From Octopus vulgaris (Eukaryota), in contig OX597828.1 of the NCBI GenBank assembly GCA_951406725.2, positions 43,152,001-43,216,000 of the forward strand: a DNA stretch of 64,000 nt, read 5' to 3'. The notes beneath the pieces were generated by a model, which searched no databases, had not been told where the DNA came from, and saw only the letters and a list, made by a program, of their open reading frames with translations. Positions 31,655 to 45,353 of this stretch are shown here, piece after piece. Every line of letters starts with the position of its first letter. Within the stretch, counting starts at the first letter, position 1. Made by a program: the position numbers and the translations under genes.

Positions 31655-31790
31655 ATTCGACGGCTTTAATGTCAAAGGTTGTGTGAGAAAAACGAGACAT
31701 TGAGATTTGGTTTGGACAAAATGGCTGAAACAGAATAAAGTAAAAACAATTTGAAAATGAATTTTTTTGGGAGTTTATTTTACTGCATTA

Positions 31791-31848
<58 letters not shown>

Positions 31849-31865
31849 CATCATCATCATCATCA

Positions 31866-31929
<64 letters not shown>

Positions 31930-31948
31930 TACTTTTATTATTACTATT

Positions 31949-32046
<98 letters not shown>

Positions 32047-32087
32047 TACTATTATTATTACTATTATTATCATCATCATCATCATCA

Positions 32088-32201
<114 letters not shown>

Positions 32202-32577
32202 TTACTATTATTATTATATTTACTATTTCTAGAGTTGTTTTTTTGCTATGCTAAGCGTGAGTCACTCTGTCCAAATTTAACTGTTTGCGGCTGTATTTCA
32301 GGCGGGTTTGTCTGTCTGTACTTCTACGTCTGTCAGTCTATATGTTTGTCTGCCAAAAATCTGTTTACCTTTCATCTCCCTCTCTCTGTCTGTCTGTCTC
32401 TCCCTCTCTCCGTATCATACTTGTTTATTCTCCCTCTTTTTCTCCCCCTCTTCTCCCAAATGTCCAACGTACGTTAATGCATTCGTTTTCTCTACACACT
32501 ATATATATGTTACGCACTATATCATACATGTGTATATATACACGCATACACACACACACACACATACATATATATGT

Positions 32578-32706
32578 ATCCCATTGCGTGGCATCGTGGG
32601 CAAGTGTCTTCTACTATAGCCTCGGGGCAACCAAAGACTTGTGAGTGGATTTGGTAGACGGAAACCGAAAGAAGCCCGTCATATATATGCATATATGTAT
32701 ATATAT

Positions 32707-32758
<52 letters not shown>

Positions 32759-33039
32759 ACAAAATTTAGAGGATTGACCACCAAAAGTGGACAACAGCAT
32801 CAATTGTCAAGCGATGTTGGGAGACAAACACAGACACACAAACATATACACACACATACATATATACATATATACAACGGGCTTCTTTCAGTTTTCGTCT
32901 ACCAAATCCACTCACAAGGCTTTGGTCGGCCCGAGGCTATAGTAGAAGACACTTGCCCAAGGTGCCACGTAGTGGGACTGAACCCGGAACTATGTGGTTG
33001 GTAAGCAAGCTACTTACCACACGGCCACTCCTACGCCTA
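32578..33039. mobile_element. Two partial SINE B copies in inverted orientation (32578-32690 plus, 32805-33039 minus)
   Basis: GTGAGTGGATTTGGTAGACG versus CGTCTACCAAATCCACTCAC. Confidence 0.8.
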
Positions 33040-33579
33040 TATCAGATAGATTTGAGAAATATTCTCACTCCTACGCCTGTATCAAAAAGATTTGAGAAAA
33101 ATGTTGTGGCTCTTTCTATCAGATCGAACAAACTGTCTTTAGTTTTATCTAATCTGATAGGAAATTCCATCTTCTTGTAGTTTTAGACATTCTATTCATT
33201 TTATAATAAAAATAAATCAACAAATTTCTTGATTTAATAGAATGTGTAGAGAAGTTTATACAAACCATAAAGAGCTATTTTCTCCGGATCAGTTCTTAGT
33301 TTTTTCTCTCTGTAGCATTCGCCTGGCATGTTTTATACGTAAGTGTATTACACACACACACACACACACACAAACACACACACCCATTCACTCCTACATG
33401 TACATGAAAAATTACAGATATATTTGATGCACACTTAAATACATGCATATAAAACAAAACAGGAATGTACATGTATGTATAGACACATAGAACACACACA
33501 TACATGTACCCCCCACACATATATACATACATATGTATATATATGCATACATACATAAAAAAATATATATGCATATATA

Positions 33580-33611
<32 letters not shown>

Positions 33612-33731
33612 CTTATATTTTATGCACATGCATACACAGAGGAAATATGCATACATACATATATGCATCAACAGACACATACAATACACACATACAGATA
33701 CTCACACACACACATACACACACACACACAC

Positions 33732-33789
<58 letters not shown>

Positions 33790-33790
33790 A

Positions 33791-33823
<33 letters not shown>

Positions 33824-34344
33824 TTATAAATAATATTTGTATAGCTAACCGAACAAATAAATGCGAGTATATAAATAAACAAGCAAACAAGCAAATAAAC
33901 AAACAAACAAACATAGAAATCTGTAAATAAATCACATGACATAAAGAATTGATGTTTAGTGGCTGGAGACATGTCGTTCCAGATTATAGCTGGCTTAGCT
34001 TTAAAGGTTTTGACAGACAGTTCTGCGGTTTGTGGTTACAGAAAAAGGAAGCAGGTGCGATTAATGCATCCCTAAAGGGCTTTAAAGGATGTTGATAGAT
34101 ACACAAGGATGATGAAGAAAAGTCGATTGTCGTGTCGGTAGTGATGGTGGTGGTGGTGTTGGTGGTGGTGGTGGTGGTGTGGGTGGTGAGGGTGGTGATG
34201 GTGGTGGTGGTGGTTGTAGCAGCGGTGGTGTCGTTTGTAGTGATATTTGTGGTAGTTACATTGGTATTGGTAGTGCAAGCGGGGATTGTTGTAGCGGTGG
34301 TTTTGGTGGTGGTGGTGGTGGTGGTGGTGGTGGTGGTGGTGGTG

Positions 34345-37300
34345 GTGGTATTGGTGGTAGTGGTGGTGTTTATGATGGTAGTCATGGTGATGGTGGTGGT
34401 AGTGGTGGTGGTATTGGTGGCGGTCTTAATGGTGGTGGAGGTGTCAGTGGTAACGACAATGGCGGTAGTGGTGGTATAGGTGGTGTTATTGGTGGTTGTG
34501 GTGGTGGTGGTGGTGGTGATGGTGATGGTAGTGGTGGTAGTGGTGGTGTTTATGATGGTAGTCATGGTGATGGTGGTGGTAGTGGTGGTGGTATTGGTGG
34601 CGGTCTTAATGGTGGTGGTGGTGTCAGTGGTAACGACAATGGTGGTAGTGGTGGTATAGGTGGTGTTATTGGTGGTTGTGGTGGTGGTGATGGTGATGGT
34701 AGTGGTGGTAGTGGTGGTGTTTATGATGGTAGTCATGGTGATGGTGGTGGTAGTGGTGGTGGTATTGGTGGCGGTCTTAATGGTGGTGGTGGTGTCAGTG
34801 GTAACGACAATGGCGGTAGTGGTGGTATAGGTGGTGTTATTGGTGGTTGTGGTGGTGGTGATGGTGATGGTAGTGGTGGTAGTGGTGGTGTTTATGATGG
34901 TAGTCATGGTGATGGTGGTGGTAGTGGTGGTGGTATTGGTGGCGGTCTTAATGGTGGTGGTGATGTCAGTGGTAACGACAATGGCGGTAGTGGTGGTATA
35001 GGTGGTGTTATTGGTGGTTGTGGTGGTGGTGGTGGTGATGGTGATGGTAGTGGTGGTAGTGGTGGTGTTTATGATGGTAGTCATGGTGATGGTGGTGGTA
35101 GTGGTGGTGGTATTGGTGGCGGTCTTAATGGTGGTGGTGGTGTCAGTGGTAACGACAATGGCGGTAGTGGTGGTATAGGTGGTGTTATTGGTGGTTGTGG
35201 TGGTGGTGATGGTGATGGTAGTGGTGGTAGTGGTGGTGTTTATGATGGTAGTCATGGTGATGGTGGTGGTAGTGGTGGTGGTATTGGTGGCGGTCTTAAT
35301 GGTGGTGGTGATGTCAGTGGTAACGACAATGGCGGTAGTGGTGGTATAGGTGGTGTTATTGGTGGTTGTGGTGGTGGTGGTGGTGATGGTAGTGGTGGTA
35401 GTGGTGGTGTTTATGATGGTAGTCATGGTGATGGTGGTGGTAGTGGTGGTGGTATTGGTGGTGGTCTTAATGGTGGTGGTGATGTCAGTGGTAACGACAA
35501 TGGTGGTAGTGGTGGTATAGGTGGTGTTATTGGTGGTTGTGGTGGTGGTGGTGGTGATGGTGATGGTAGTGGTGGTAGTGGTGGTGTTTATGATGGTAGT
35601 CATGGTGATGGTGGTGGTAGTGGTGGTGGTATTGGTGGCGGTCTTAATGGTGGTGGTGATGTCAGTGGTAACGACAATGGTAGTAGTGGTGGTATAGGTG
35701 GTGTTATTGGTGGTTGTGGTGGTGGTGGTGGTGATGGTGATGGTAGTGGTGGTAGTGGTGGTGTTTATGATGGTAGTCATGGTGATGGTGGTGGTAGTGG
35801 TGGTGGTATTGGTGGCGGTCTTAATGGTGGTGGTGGTGTCAGTGGTAACGACAATGGCGGTAGTGGTGGTATAGGTGGTGTTATTGGTGGTTGTGGTGGT
35901 GGTGGTGGTGGTGATGGTGATGGTAGTGGTGGTAGTGGTGGTGTTTATGATGGTAGTCATGGTGATGGTGGTGGTAGTGGTGGTGGTATTGGTGGCGGTC
36001 TTAATGGTGGTGGTGGTGTCAGTGGTAACGACAATGGCGGTAGTGGTGGTATAGGTGGTGTTATTGGTGGTTGTGGTGGTGGTGGTGGTGGTGATGGTGA
36101 TGGTAGTGGTGGTAGTGGTGGTGTTTATGATGGTAGTCATGGTGATGGTGGTGGTAGTGGTGGTGGTATTGGTGGCGGTCTTAATGGTGGTGGTGGTGTC
36201 AGTGGTAACGACAATGGTGGTAGTGGTGGTATAGGTGGTGTTATTGGTGGTTGTGGTGGTGGTGATGGTGATGGTAGTGGTGGTAGTGGTGGTGTTTATG
36301 ATGGTAGTCATGGTGATGGTGGTGGTAGTGGTGGTGGTATTGGTGGCGGTCTTAATGGTGGTGGTGATGTCAGTGGTAACGACAATGGCGGTAGTGGTGG
36401 TATAGGTGGTGTTATTGGTGGTTGTGGTGGTGGTGATGGTGATGGTAGTGGTGGTAGTGGTGGTGTTTATGATGGTAGTCATGGTGATGGTGGTGGTAGT
36501 GGTGGTGGTATTGGTGGTGGTCTTAATGGTGGTGGTGATGTCAGTGGTAACGACAATGGTGGTAGTGGTGGTATAGGTGGTGTTATTGGTGGTTGTGGTG
36601 GTGGTGGTGGTGATGGTGATGGTAGTGGTGGTAGTGGTGGTGTTTATGATGGTAGTCATGGTGATGGTGGTGGTAGTGGTGGTGGTATTGGTGGCGGTCT
36701 TAATGGTGGTGGTGGTGTCAGTGGTAACGACAATGGTAGTAGTGGTGGTATAGGTGGTGTTATTGGTGGTTGTGGTGGTGGTGGTGGTGATGGTGATGGT
36801 AGTGGTGGTAGTGGTGGTGTTTATGATGGTAGTCATGGTGATGGTGGTGGTAGTGGTGGTGGTATTGGTGGCGGTCTTAATGGTGGTGGTGGTGTCAGTG
36901 GTAACGACAATGGCGGTAGTGGTGGTATAGGTGGTGTTATTGGTGGTTGTGGTGGTGGTGGTGGTGGTGATGGTGATGGTAGTGGTGGTAGTGGTGGTGT
37001 TTATGATGGTAGTCATGGTGATGGTGGTGGTAGTGGTGGTGGTATTGGTGGCGGTCTTAATGGTGGTGGTGGTGTCAGTGGTAACGACAATGGCGGTAGT
37101 GGTGGTATAGGTGGTGTTATTGGTGGTTGTGGTGGTGGTGGTGGTGGTGATGGTGATGGTAGTGGTGGTAGTGGTGGTGTTTATGATGGTAGTCATGGTG
37201 ATGGTGGTGGTAGTGGTGGTGGTATTGGTGGCGGTCTTAATGGTGGTGGTGGTGTCAGTGGTAACGACAATGGTGGTAGTGGTGGTATAGGTGGTGTTAT

Positions 37301-37620
37301 TGGTGGTTGTGGTGATGGTGGTGATGGTGATGGTGGTGGTAGTGGTGGTGGTATTGGTGGCGGTCTTAATGGTGGTGGTGGTGTCAGTGGTAACGACAAT
37401 GGCGGTAGTGGTGGTATAGGTGGTGTTATTGGTGGTTGTGGTGGTGGTGGTGGTGGTGATGGTAGTGGTGGTAGTGGTGGTGTTTATGATGGTAGTCATG
37501 GTGATGGTGGTGGTATTGGTGGCGGTCTTAATGGTGGTGGTGGTGTCAGTGGTAACGACAATGGCGGTGGTGGTATAGTGATGGTGGTGGTGGTAGTGTT
37601 TATGATGGTAGTCATGGTGA
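34345..37620. repeat. GGT-based minisatellite, about 19 units of 171-180 bp, inside a larger (GGT)-rich region (34130-39830)
   Basis: Marker GTTTATGATGGTAGTCAT recurs at 34368, 34548, 34719, 34890, 35067 ... 37179. Confidence 0.95.
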
Positions 37621-38604
37621 TGGTGGTATTAGTGGTGGTAGTGGTGGTGGTGTGGGTATTGGTGGTAGCTCTTCTAGTGATGGTTTTCGTAATTGTACTG
37701 GTGCTGCTGATGATAATGATATTGGTGGTGGTTGTATGGGTGGTGATGAAGATAGTGGTGGCTTTTATGATCGTTGTGGTAGAAATAGTGGTATTGGTGT
37801 TGACTGTAGCGGCTGTTGCGGCGGTAGTGCTATTGGTAGGTTGGTACAGGCAATAATGATGTTGGTAGTAGTTGCGTGGGTGGTGGTAGTTTTAGTAGTT
37901 GTGGAAGTGGTATCGCTAGTGGTGAAAGACGTGGTGCTAGTGTAATATTGGTGATTGTTGTGGTGGATGCGGTGGTAGTTCGGGCACTAGTGGTGGTGGT
38001 GGTGGTGAATATATTGTTGGTAGTAGTTTCAGTTGATGTGTTGGCGGCAGTGACATTAGTGGTGGTGGTGGTGGTGGTGATAGTAGTGTAGTGCTGGTGG
38101 TAGTGTTGAATGGAATGGTGGTACTGATAGTAGTAGTGTTTGACATGACTGTAGCAGTGGTACTGATGGTAATGATATTGGTGGTGGTAGTGGTGGTGGT
38201 TGTAGTGGTGGTGTTGGTTCTCGTGGTGGTTGTAGTGGTGGTTGTGGTGGTGGTTGTGGTGGTGGTGGTGGTGGTAGTTCTGGTGGTGGTGGTGGTGGTG
38301 GTGGTGTAGTGGTGATGGTAGTGCTGTAGTGATGGTGATAGTGGTAGTGATGGTGTTAGAGGTGGCGATTGTAACGGGGATATTTGTGATGGTAATGTTG
38401 GTGTTTGTTGGTGATGGTGTTAATGGTGGTGCGAGAAATGAAATATTTAGCTGCAATATACTTGTCGGATTGGCCATCAAATGGATTGGTCCCTTTGGGG
38501 ATTTCAGAAAGAACACAGAACGTAACATAACATGAAAAATATAAAGAGAAAAGCATTAACTGAGGAACAAAATGAGATACAGGGAGCGAGGAAGAGTGAG
38601 AGAG

Positions 38605-38649
<45 letters not shown>

Positions 38650-40078
38650 AACAGACGGGAGAGAGGGAGATGGAAAGAGAAGGAGAGGAGAAAGGAGGAT
38701 TAGAGTTTGAAAAGAAGTTGCGAGAATCCTGCGTGTTCTGCGATAGATCGAGCGTCTGATGAGAGATTTAATGTTTTAAAAATGGTGTGTTGAAGCAAGC
38801 TGAACGTGGTTAAGATTTAAGTCAGTGTTCTAACGTGGCGCTCGGTAAGAGATTGAGGAAAAAGGAAGGTTTTAGATATGAAGAGGATGTCTGCAATGAG
38901 CTTCAGTTGACACCAAGCATGTGACATATTGTTGGATGGAAACGAGGCTTAGTCAACGTCATAATCTGACATATTGTTGGGTGGAAACGAGGCTCGCTTG
39001 GCAGCCATGTCTGAAACGTTTGTCAGGTGGATCGGAAAAAGGTGTTGCGAAGTCCATTCGAAGCTGGTGATGGTGTCGTTGCGACTGTGTTGGTGGAGGT
39101 GGTGGCGGCGGTGATGGTGATGGTGGTGGTGGTGGTGGTTATGTCAGTGTTATGGTTGTTGTATTGTGGTAGTAGCCATGCCAATGTCGTTGTAGATGTA
39201 GTGGTGGTGGTTGTGGTGTTGAGGTTTGTGGTAGTTGTCTTGGTGGTGATTGTGATGATGATGGCTGATGTGGTAGTGATGATGGTGGTTGTGGCTCTGG
39301 TGGTGGTTGAGGCTCTGCTGGTGGAGATTATGATGATGGCGGTGTTAGTTGTGCCAATTTTAGAGTTGTTATATATTTGTAGTAGCCATGACGATGTGGT
39401 AAATATAATACTAGTGACGATGGTGGTGGTGGTGGTGGTTGTAGAGATGTGGTGGTGGTTGTAGAGGTGGTGTTTGTGGTAACGGTGGTTGTGGTGATGG
39501 TGTGGTAACGGTGGTTGTGGTGATGGTGGTTGGGGTGATGGTGGTTGTGGTGATGGTGGTTGTGGTGATGGTGGTGGTGGTGGTGGCTGTAGAGATGGTG
39601 GTGGTGGTTGTAGAGCGGGTGTTTGTGGTAACGGTGGTTGTGGTGATGGTGGTTGTGACTATGGTTGTGCTGTTGCTGGTATAGTTGTGGTGGTAGCGGT
39701 GATGGTAATGGTAGTTGGGACAGTGGTAGTGGTGGTGATGGTGGTTTTCATTGTGGTTGTACTGTTGGTGGTAGTGGTGGTGGTGATGGTAGTTGGGACG
39801 GTGGTAGTGGAGGTGTATGTTTGTGGTTGGGATAGTCGTGGCGTTCGGACTACCGGAAAATAGAAATGCTTACGGAAGTAGCAACCGAATTGGCAGTGAC
39901 TTGTTTCCAGCGGCTTGAAACAAGACACTGGCAAACTTTTGATGTCCGTTATAATCAGTTTTACAAACATATTTTGGTACACACACGCGCGCGCGCTGTG
40001 AAGGGAGGACAAATGAAGTTGTATTAAAAAACGTAGAGGAGGAATTCTTCAATCATGAAAAGGATCATCGCTTGAAGG

Positions 40079-40465
40079 TGGAGGCGCAATGGCCCAGTGG
40101 TTAGGGCAGCGGACTCGCGGTCGGAGGATAGCGGTTTCGATTCCCAGACCGGGCGTTGTGTGTGTTTATTGAGCGAAAACACCTAAAACTCCACGAGGCT
40201 CCGGCAGGGGGTGGTGGCGACCCCTGTTGTACTCTTTCGCCTCAACTTTCTCTCACTCCATTCTTACTTCCTGTTTCTGTTGTACCTGTATTTCAAGGGG
40301 CCGGCCTTGTCACTCTCTGTGTCACGCTGAATATCCCTGAGAACTACGTTAAGGGTGCACGTGTCTGTGGAGTTCTCAGCCAATTACACGTTAATTTCAC
40401 GAGCAGGCTGTTCCGTTGATCGGATCAACCGGAACCCTCATCGTCGTAACCGACGGAGTGCTTCC
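40079..40465 (+). mobile_element. Full-length tRNA-derived SINE, family C head
   Basis: GGAGGCGCAATGGCCCAGTGGTTAGGGCAGCGGACTCGCG..GGTTTCGATTCCC contains A and B boxes. Confidence 0.85.
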
Positions 40466-40630
40466 ATCCATCGCTTGGAGAGAAGAATAGACAAATGCCT
40501 AGTGGCAACCGAGACTGATTACAAATGAGAAGAGGATGATACTCCGAGTTTGATATACCGTTCAAGAAAAGACATCGAGATTCTCTGCAGTGTGTATATG
40601 TGTATGTATATGCATGTATAAATGTATATC

Positions 40631-40843
40631 TACTCTTTTACTCTTTTACTCTTTTACTTGTTTCACTCATTTGACTGCGGCCATGCTGGAGCACCGCCTT
40701 TAGTCGAGCAAATCGACCCCGGGACTTATTCTTTGTAAGCCCAGTACTATCGGTCTCTTTTGTCGAACCACTAAGTGACGGGGACGTAAACACACCAGCA
40801 TCGTTTGTCAAACAATGCTAGGGGGACAAACACAGACACACAA

Positions 40844-40927
<84 letters not shown>

Positions 40928-41090
40928 GACAGGCTTCTTTCAGTTTCCGTCTACCAAATCCACTCACAAGGCATTGGTCGGCCCGGGGCTATAGCAGAAG
41001 ACACTTGCCCAAGATTCCACGCAGTGGGACTGAACCCGGAACCATGTGGTTGGTTAGCAAGCTACTTACCACACAGCTACTCCTGCGCCT
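40631..41090 (-). mobile_element. SINE family B copy (distinct subfamily)
   Basis: Homology to 16828; shares diagnostic bases with 42188 and 43932. Confidence 0.9.
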
Positions 41091-41149
41091 ATCTATCTAT
41101 CATTTATATATGTATGTGTATATAAAGTTAATCCAAACATGAAAACATA

Positions 41150-41328
41150 AAGAGAAAACACGACAAAGCGAGGACGTGGAACAAGTATAGTATTATTGGA
41201 CGCTCAGGAAAGAAGGAAAGAAGGAGGGTTTAACGTTTCGAGCGGAGCTCTTCGTCAGAAACATACGAAAAGGAAAGATCCAAAGAAGGGAAGACGGAGG
41301 AAAAAAGTCGCCAACAGTACACACGCGG

Positions 41329-41383
<55 letters not shown>

Positions 41384-41817
41384 ATTTAATGTGCGTAGTA
41401 TAAAGATCCGAGCTGTAAGCAGTTTCCTATTGTGAAGGCATGTGTGTAAAACAGGCCCATCGTCTTCTGTTGAATACACCATGCGCTCCGAGTGGATATT
41501 GTTTGAAGACGATGGACCTGTTTTACACACATGCCTTCACAATAGGAAACTGCTTACAGCTCGGGTCTTTATACTACGCACATTAAATTATATATGTGTG
41601 TGTGTGTGTGTGTGTGTGAGTGTACGCACGCGCGACCGCGTGTGTACCGTTGGCGATTTTTTTCCCTCCGTCTTCCCTTTTTTGGATCTTTCCTTCTCCT
41701 ATGTTTCCGACGAAGAGCTCCGCTCGAAACGTTAAAACCCTCCTTCTTTCCTTCTTTCCTGAGCGTCTAATAATACTATACTTGTTCCACGTCCTCGCGT
41801 TGTCGTGTTTTCTCTTT
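41150..41817. repeat. ~670-bp compound palindrome: two inverted repeat-X copies (HHRs at 41228-41262 minus and 41703-41738 plus) around a ~210-bp hairpin (41381-41592)
   Basis: Inner arms ATAATTTAATGTGCGTAGTATAAAGA..CATCGTCTTC / GAAGACGATG..TCTTTATACTACGCACATTAAATTAT; outer arms are reverse complements. Confidence 0.9.
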
Positions 41818-42187
41818 AAAATCAGGATACTGAAATGTGAAAAATGTGTGTGTGTGTGCACGTGCGTATGTGTGTGTGTGCGCGCGGATGCGCATATGTG
41901 TGTGTGTGTGTATGTATATATAGTTTTAAAAATATGTAACACGAGGGCGGATAAAAAGAAATGTAATAAGCAGAGTGTATTAGATTCACGCCTGGGAAAA
42001 GAGGGGAAAGATGAAGGAAATGTCTTTTACATTTGGACTACACACTCTTCTGTAAAGAAGAAAAGAGGGACTGGAGGAAAGAAAGTTTGTGTATATAATC
42101 CTCTCAGTATATATATATATATAATTATATGCATATATGTATATATATATATATATAATTATATGCATATATGTATATATATATATA

Positions 42188-42573
42188 TTCTTTTACTCTT
42201 TTACTTGTTTCAGTCATTTGACTGCGGCCATGCTGGAGCACCGCCTTTAGTCGAGCAAATCGACCCCGGGACTTATTCTTTGTAAGCCCAGTACTTATTC
42301 TATCGGTCTCTTTTGCCGAACCGCTAAGTGACGGGGACGTAAACACACCAGCATCGGTTGTCAAGCAATGCTAGGGGGACAAACACACAAACACATACAC
42401 ACACATACGTATATACGACAGGCTTCTTTCAGTTTCCGTCTACCAAATCCACTCACAAGACATTGGTCGGCCCGAGGCTATAGCAGAAGACACTTGCCCA
42501 AGATGCCACGCAGTGGGACTGAACCCGGAACCATGTGGTTGGTTAGCAAGCTACTTACCACACAGCCACTCCT
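42188..42573 (-). mobile_element. SINE family B copy (distinct subfamily)
   Basis: Homology to 16828-17326. Confidence 0.9.
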
Positions 42574-42646
42574 ATACATATATATATACATATATATATG
42601 TGTGTGTGTGTGTGTATGCATAAATGTATATATTATACATATATTC

Positions 42647-42686
<40 letters not shown>

Positions 42687-43003
42687 GTATATGTGGGGAG
42701 TACTGGAAAACTGCAAAAAGAATTAGATGTATTTATCGAACAATTGCGCTTATTTATAAAATGTTACTTTACGGTTGTTGTGTAGAATTTGTTTTGCAGA
42801 CAATAATTGCGAAACGATAGACTTAGGATGACGACAAGAAAGAATAATTTACACTGGTTTTCATACAACATTTCTGAATGGCAAATTTTAGAATGCGTTC
42901 GAATTTGCTTTATAATGATGTTGGGATGGTGTATAAATGAAATTGTCGAAGCACACAGAATTTGTGGTTTGCTATTTACGTTGTTGAAATTACTTGTGAA
43001 ATA

Positions 43004-43398
43004 TCTTTATATATAAAAGAGAGGTTGTGTGTCTGTCTCCTACGATTTAGATTCCTAACTACTCCCACATTTTGCGGTGCAGTTTAACAAAAACCGGGTA
43101 TCTTATAGTCGTGATTCATATCGAGCCCTTCTGGGTATTAGCGCGCGTCTACGATCAGTCTACGATTAAAAAAAAAAATTACCATAATTTTTTCCCATTT
43201 TAATGCATTTTTTCCGCTATTATATAAGGGAAGAAACTCTCTAAAAATGTCTACGATGAGTCAACGATTTTAAAAAAAATTACCATAATTTTTTTCCATT
43301 TTTAATGCATTTTTTTGCTTTTTTGGCTATAACTCTCTAAAAATGCTTATATAGTTATTTTCCCTACAAACCCGAGCAACGCCGGGCGATACTGCTAG
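43004..43398 (+). mobile_element. Complete non-autonomous Helitron (395 bp)
   Basis: Begins A|TC (43004), ends CTAG|T (43398), with subterminal GC-rich hairpin CCCGAGCAACGCCGGG; internal partial tandem duplication. Confidence 0.8.
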
Positions 43399-43931
43399 TA
43401 TATATATATAAACACATACATACATACATACATACATACATACATACATACATACATACATACATACATACATAAAAGACGTCAGGACCGAAATCTTATT
43501 TGTTCGTTCCCGTCTGGGCTATGAAAGGTATTTCTATATTTTTTTTGGGTCGTAATTATTCGTACCAATATGTAATTCCTGACGAAGAACTTAATTTTTA
43601 TTTCAAGGAGAGTTTTTCGTTTTTGTCCTTGGAATTACTTAGACTCTGAAACAATTTTTAGATTTTATACTGTAGATTTTATCAAGGTGGATTAAGAATA
43701 CAACTACAATTTTTTTCCTTTCCTTATTCTTCATATATATATATATATATATATATTTCGTTTTTTTTTACTCCTTTGTTATTATATATATATATATATG
43801 TAAAATTGTAAGTGTCTATATCAGTTTTATTCAACCATTTTTCGCGCGTGGATCGCTTTTGATCTCTATTTTACTAAAGTGGACCTTCAGAGCCATTCGA
43901 TGTTTAAAAAATCCTATAATATTTTTTCTAT

Positions 43932-44341
43932 TAGGAGTGGCTGTGTGGTAAGTAGCTTGCTAACCAACCACATGGTTCCGGGTTCAGTCCCACTGCGTGG
44001 CATCTTGGGCAAGTGTCTTCTGCTATAGCCCCGGGCCGACCAATGTCTTGTGAGTGGATTTGGTAGACGGAAACTGAAAGAAGCCTGTCGTATATATGTA
44101 TATATATATATATGTATATGTATGTGTGTGTTTGTGTGCCTGTATTTGTCCCCCTAGCATTGCTTGACAACCGATGCTGGTGTGTTTACTTACCCGTCAC
44201 TTAGCGGTTCGGCAAAAGAGACCGATAGAATAAGTATTGGGCTTACAAAGAATAAGTCCCGGGGTCGATTTGCTCGACTAAAGGCGGTGCTCCAGCATGG
44301 TCGCAGTCAAATGACTGAAACAAGTAAAAGAGTAAAAGAGT
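43932..44341 (+). mobile_element. SINE family B copy (distinct subfamily)
   Basis: Near-identical reverse complement of 42188-42573. Confidence 0.9.
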
Positions 44342-45233
44342 ATTATTAGGGATTGTATAAAAAAAGTTGTTAAAATATTCTGTGTATCCTAGAAGCAGAA
44401 CGAATTCATTGCAGATAGATTTTAACAACAAAATCTTGTATGAGAACCTAACGCTCATATGGACCCCTGTTAAGAACTCCTGTTCTACATAATATGCCAT
44501 TAACTTATAAATGTGTCGGAGACAAGTTAAACCATTAAGAAAATTAGCTCCCACTTTGAAAATATCTTGACGAATATCGACATATGTAGTTAGGATAAAC
44601 TTGCAGTCATACGGAGTTTATGTTTTTAAATATTGAGCAGAAACTTCCTAAGTTGTCTGCTCTTGTTGAAAAACTCTGATCTGAGAATCTTACTGAAGTT
44701 TATAAATGATATGAAATTTTTCTTGGCATTTCATATTCCAGTGATTTCTTTTGTTCTACTTCTATTTACATTTGTTACAGAATATTCACTTTTACATCAG
44801 ATTTAGAACCGCACTTTTTCTAATTCCAAACATTTCGCAATTTATTAATTGCACATCGGATAACATAGTTACGTTCCTATTTTACATGTTTTGAATGAAG
44901 AAGTACGGTTGAAATATATTCATTCAAATTCACCTTCCGACATAAATATAACCCTCAGTATCTAGATATTCTTTAGTAATGTATACCTCAACAGCAAGAC
45001 AATTAAATTTGGTGTTGCATGACGAGTCTATAGAGCAGTAGAGTTTTGTTTCCGCATGGGCCCGAGAGGCGAAAATAAAAATATTGATGAGTACTTTGTG
45101 TAATTGAAGATATTCTTGCATATATATATATAGAAACGCAAATTGACTGTCGAAAGACTCAAAATCCTCGTTTATCACTGAAGCTGAGTTCAAGATCATC
45201 GTATGATAATGCATGAGAAAACTTCATGTATGC

Positions 45234-45353
<120 letters not shown>

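Noticed and set aside
34179-37856. 1225-aa Gly-rich and 1171-aa Thr-rich ORFs as real genes
   Set aside because: No signal peptide or non-repetitive domain; near-exclusive GGT codons; the frame drifts into poly-Val. Kept only as a low-interest finding.
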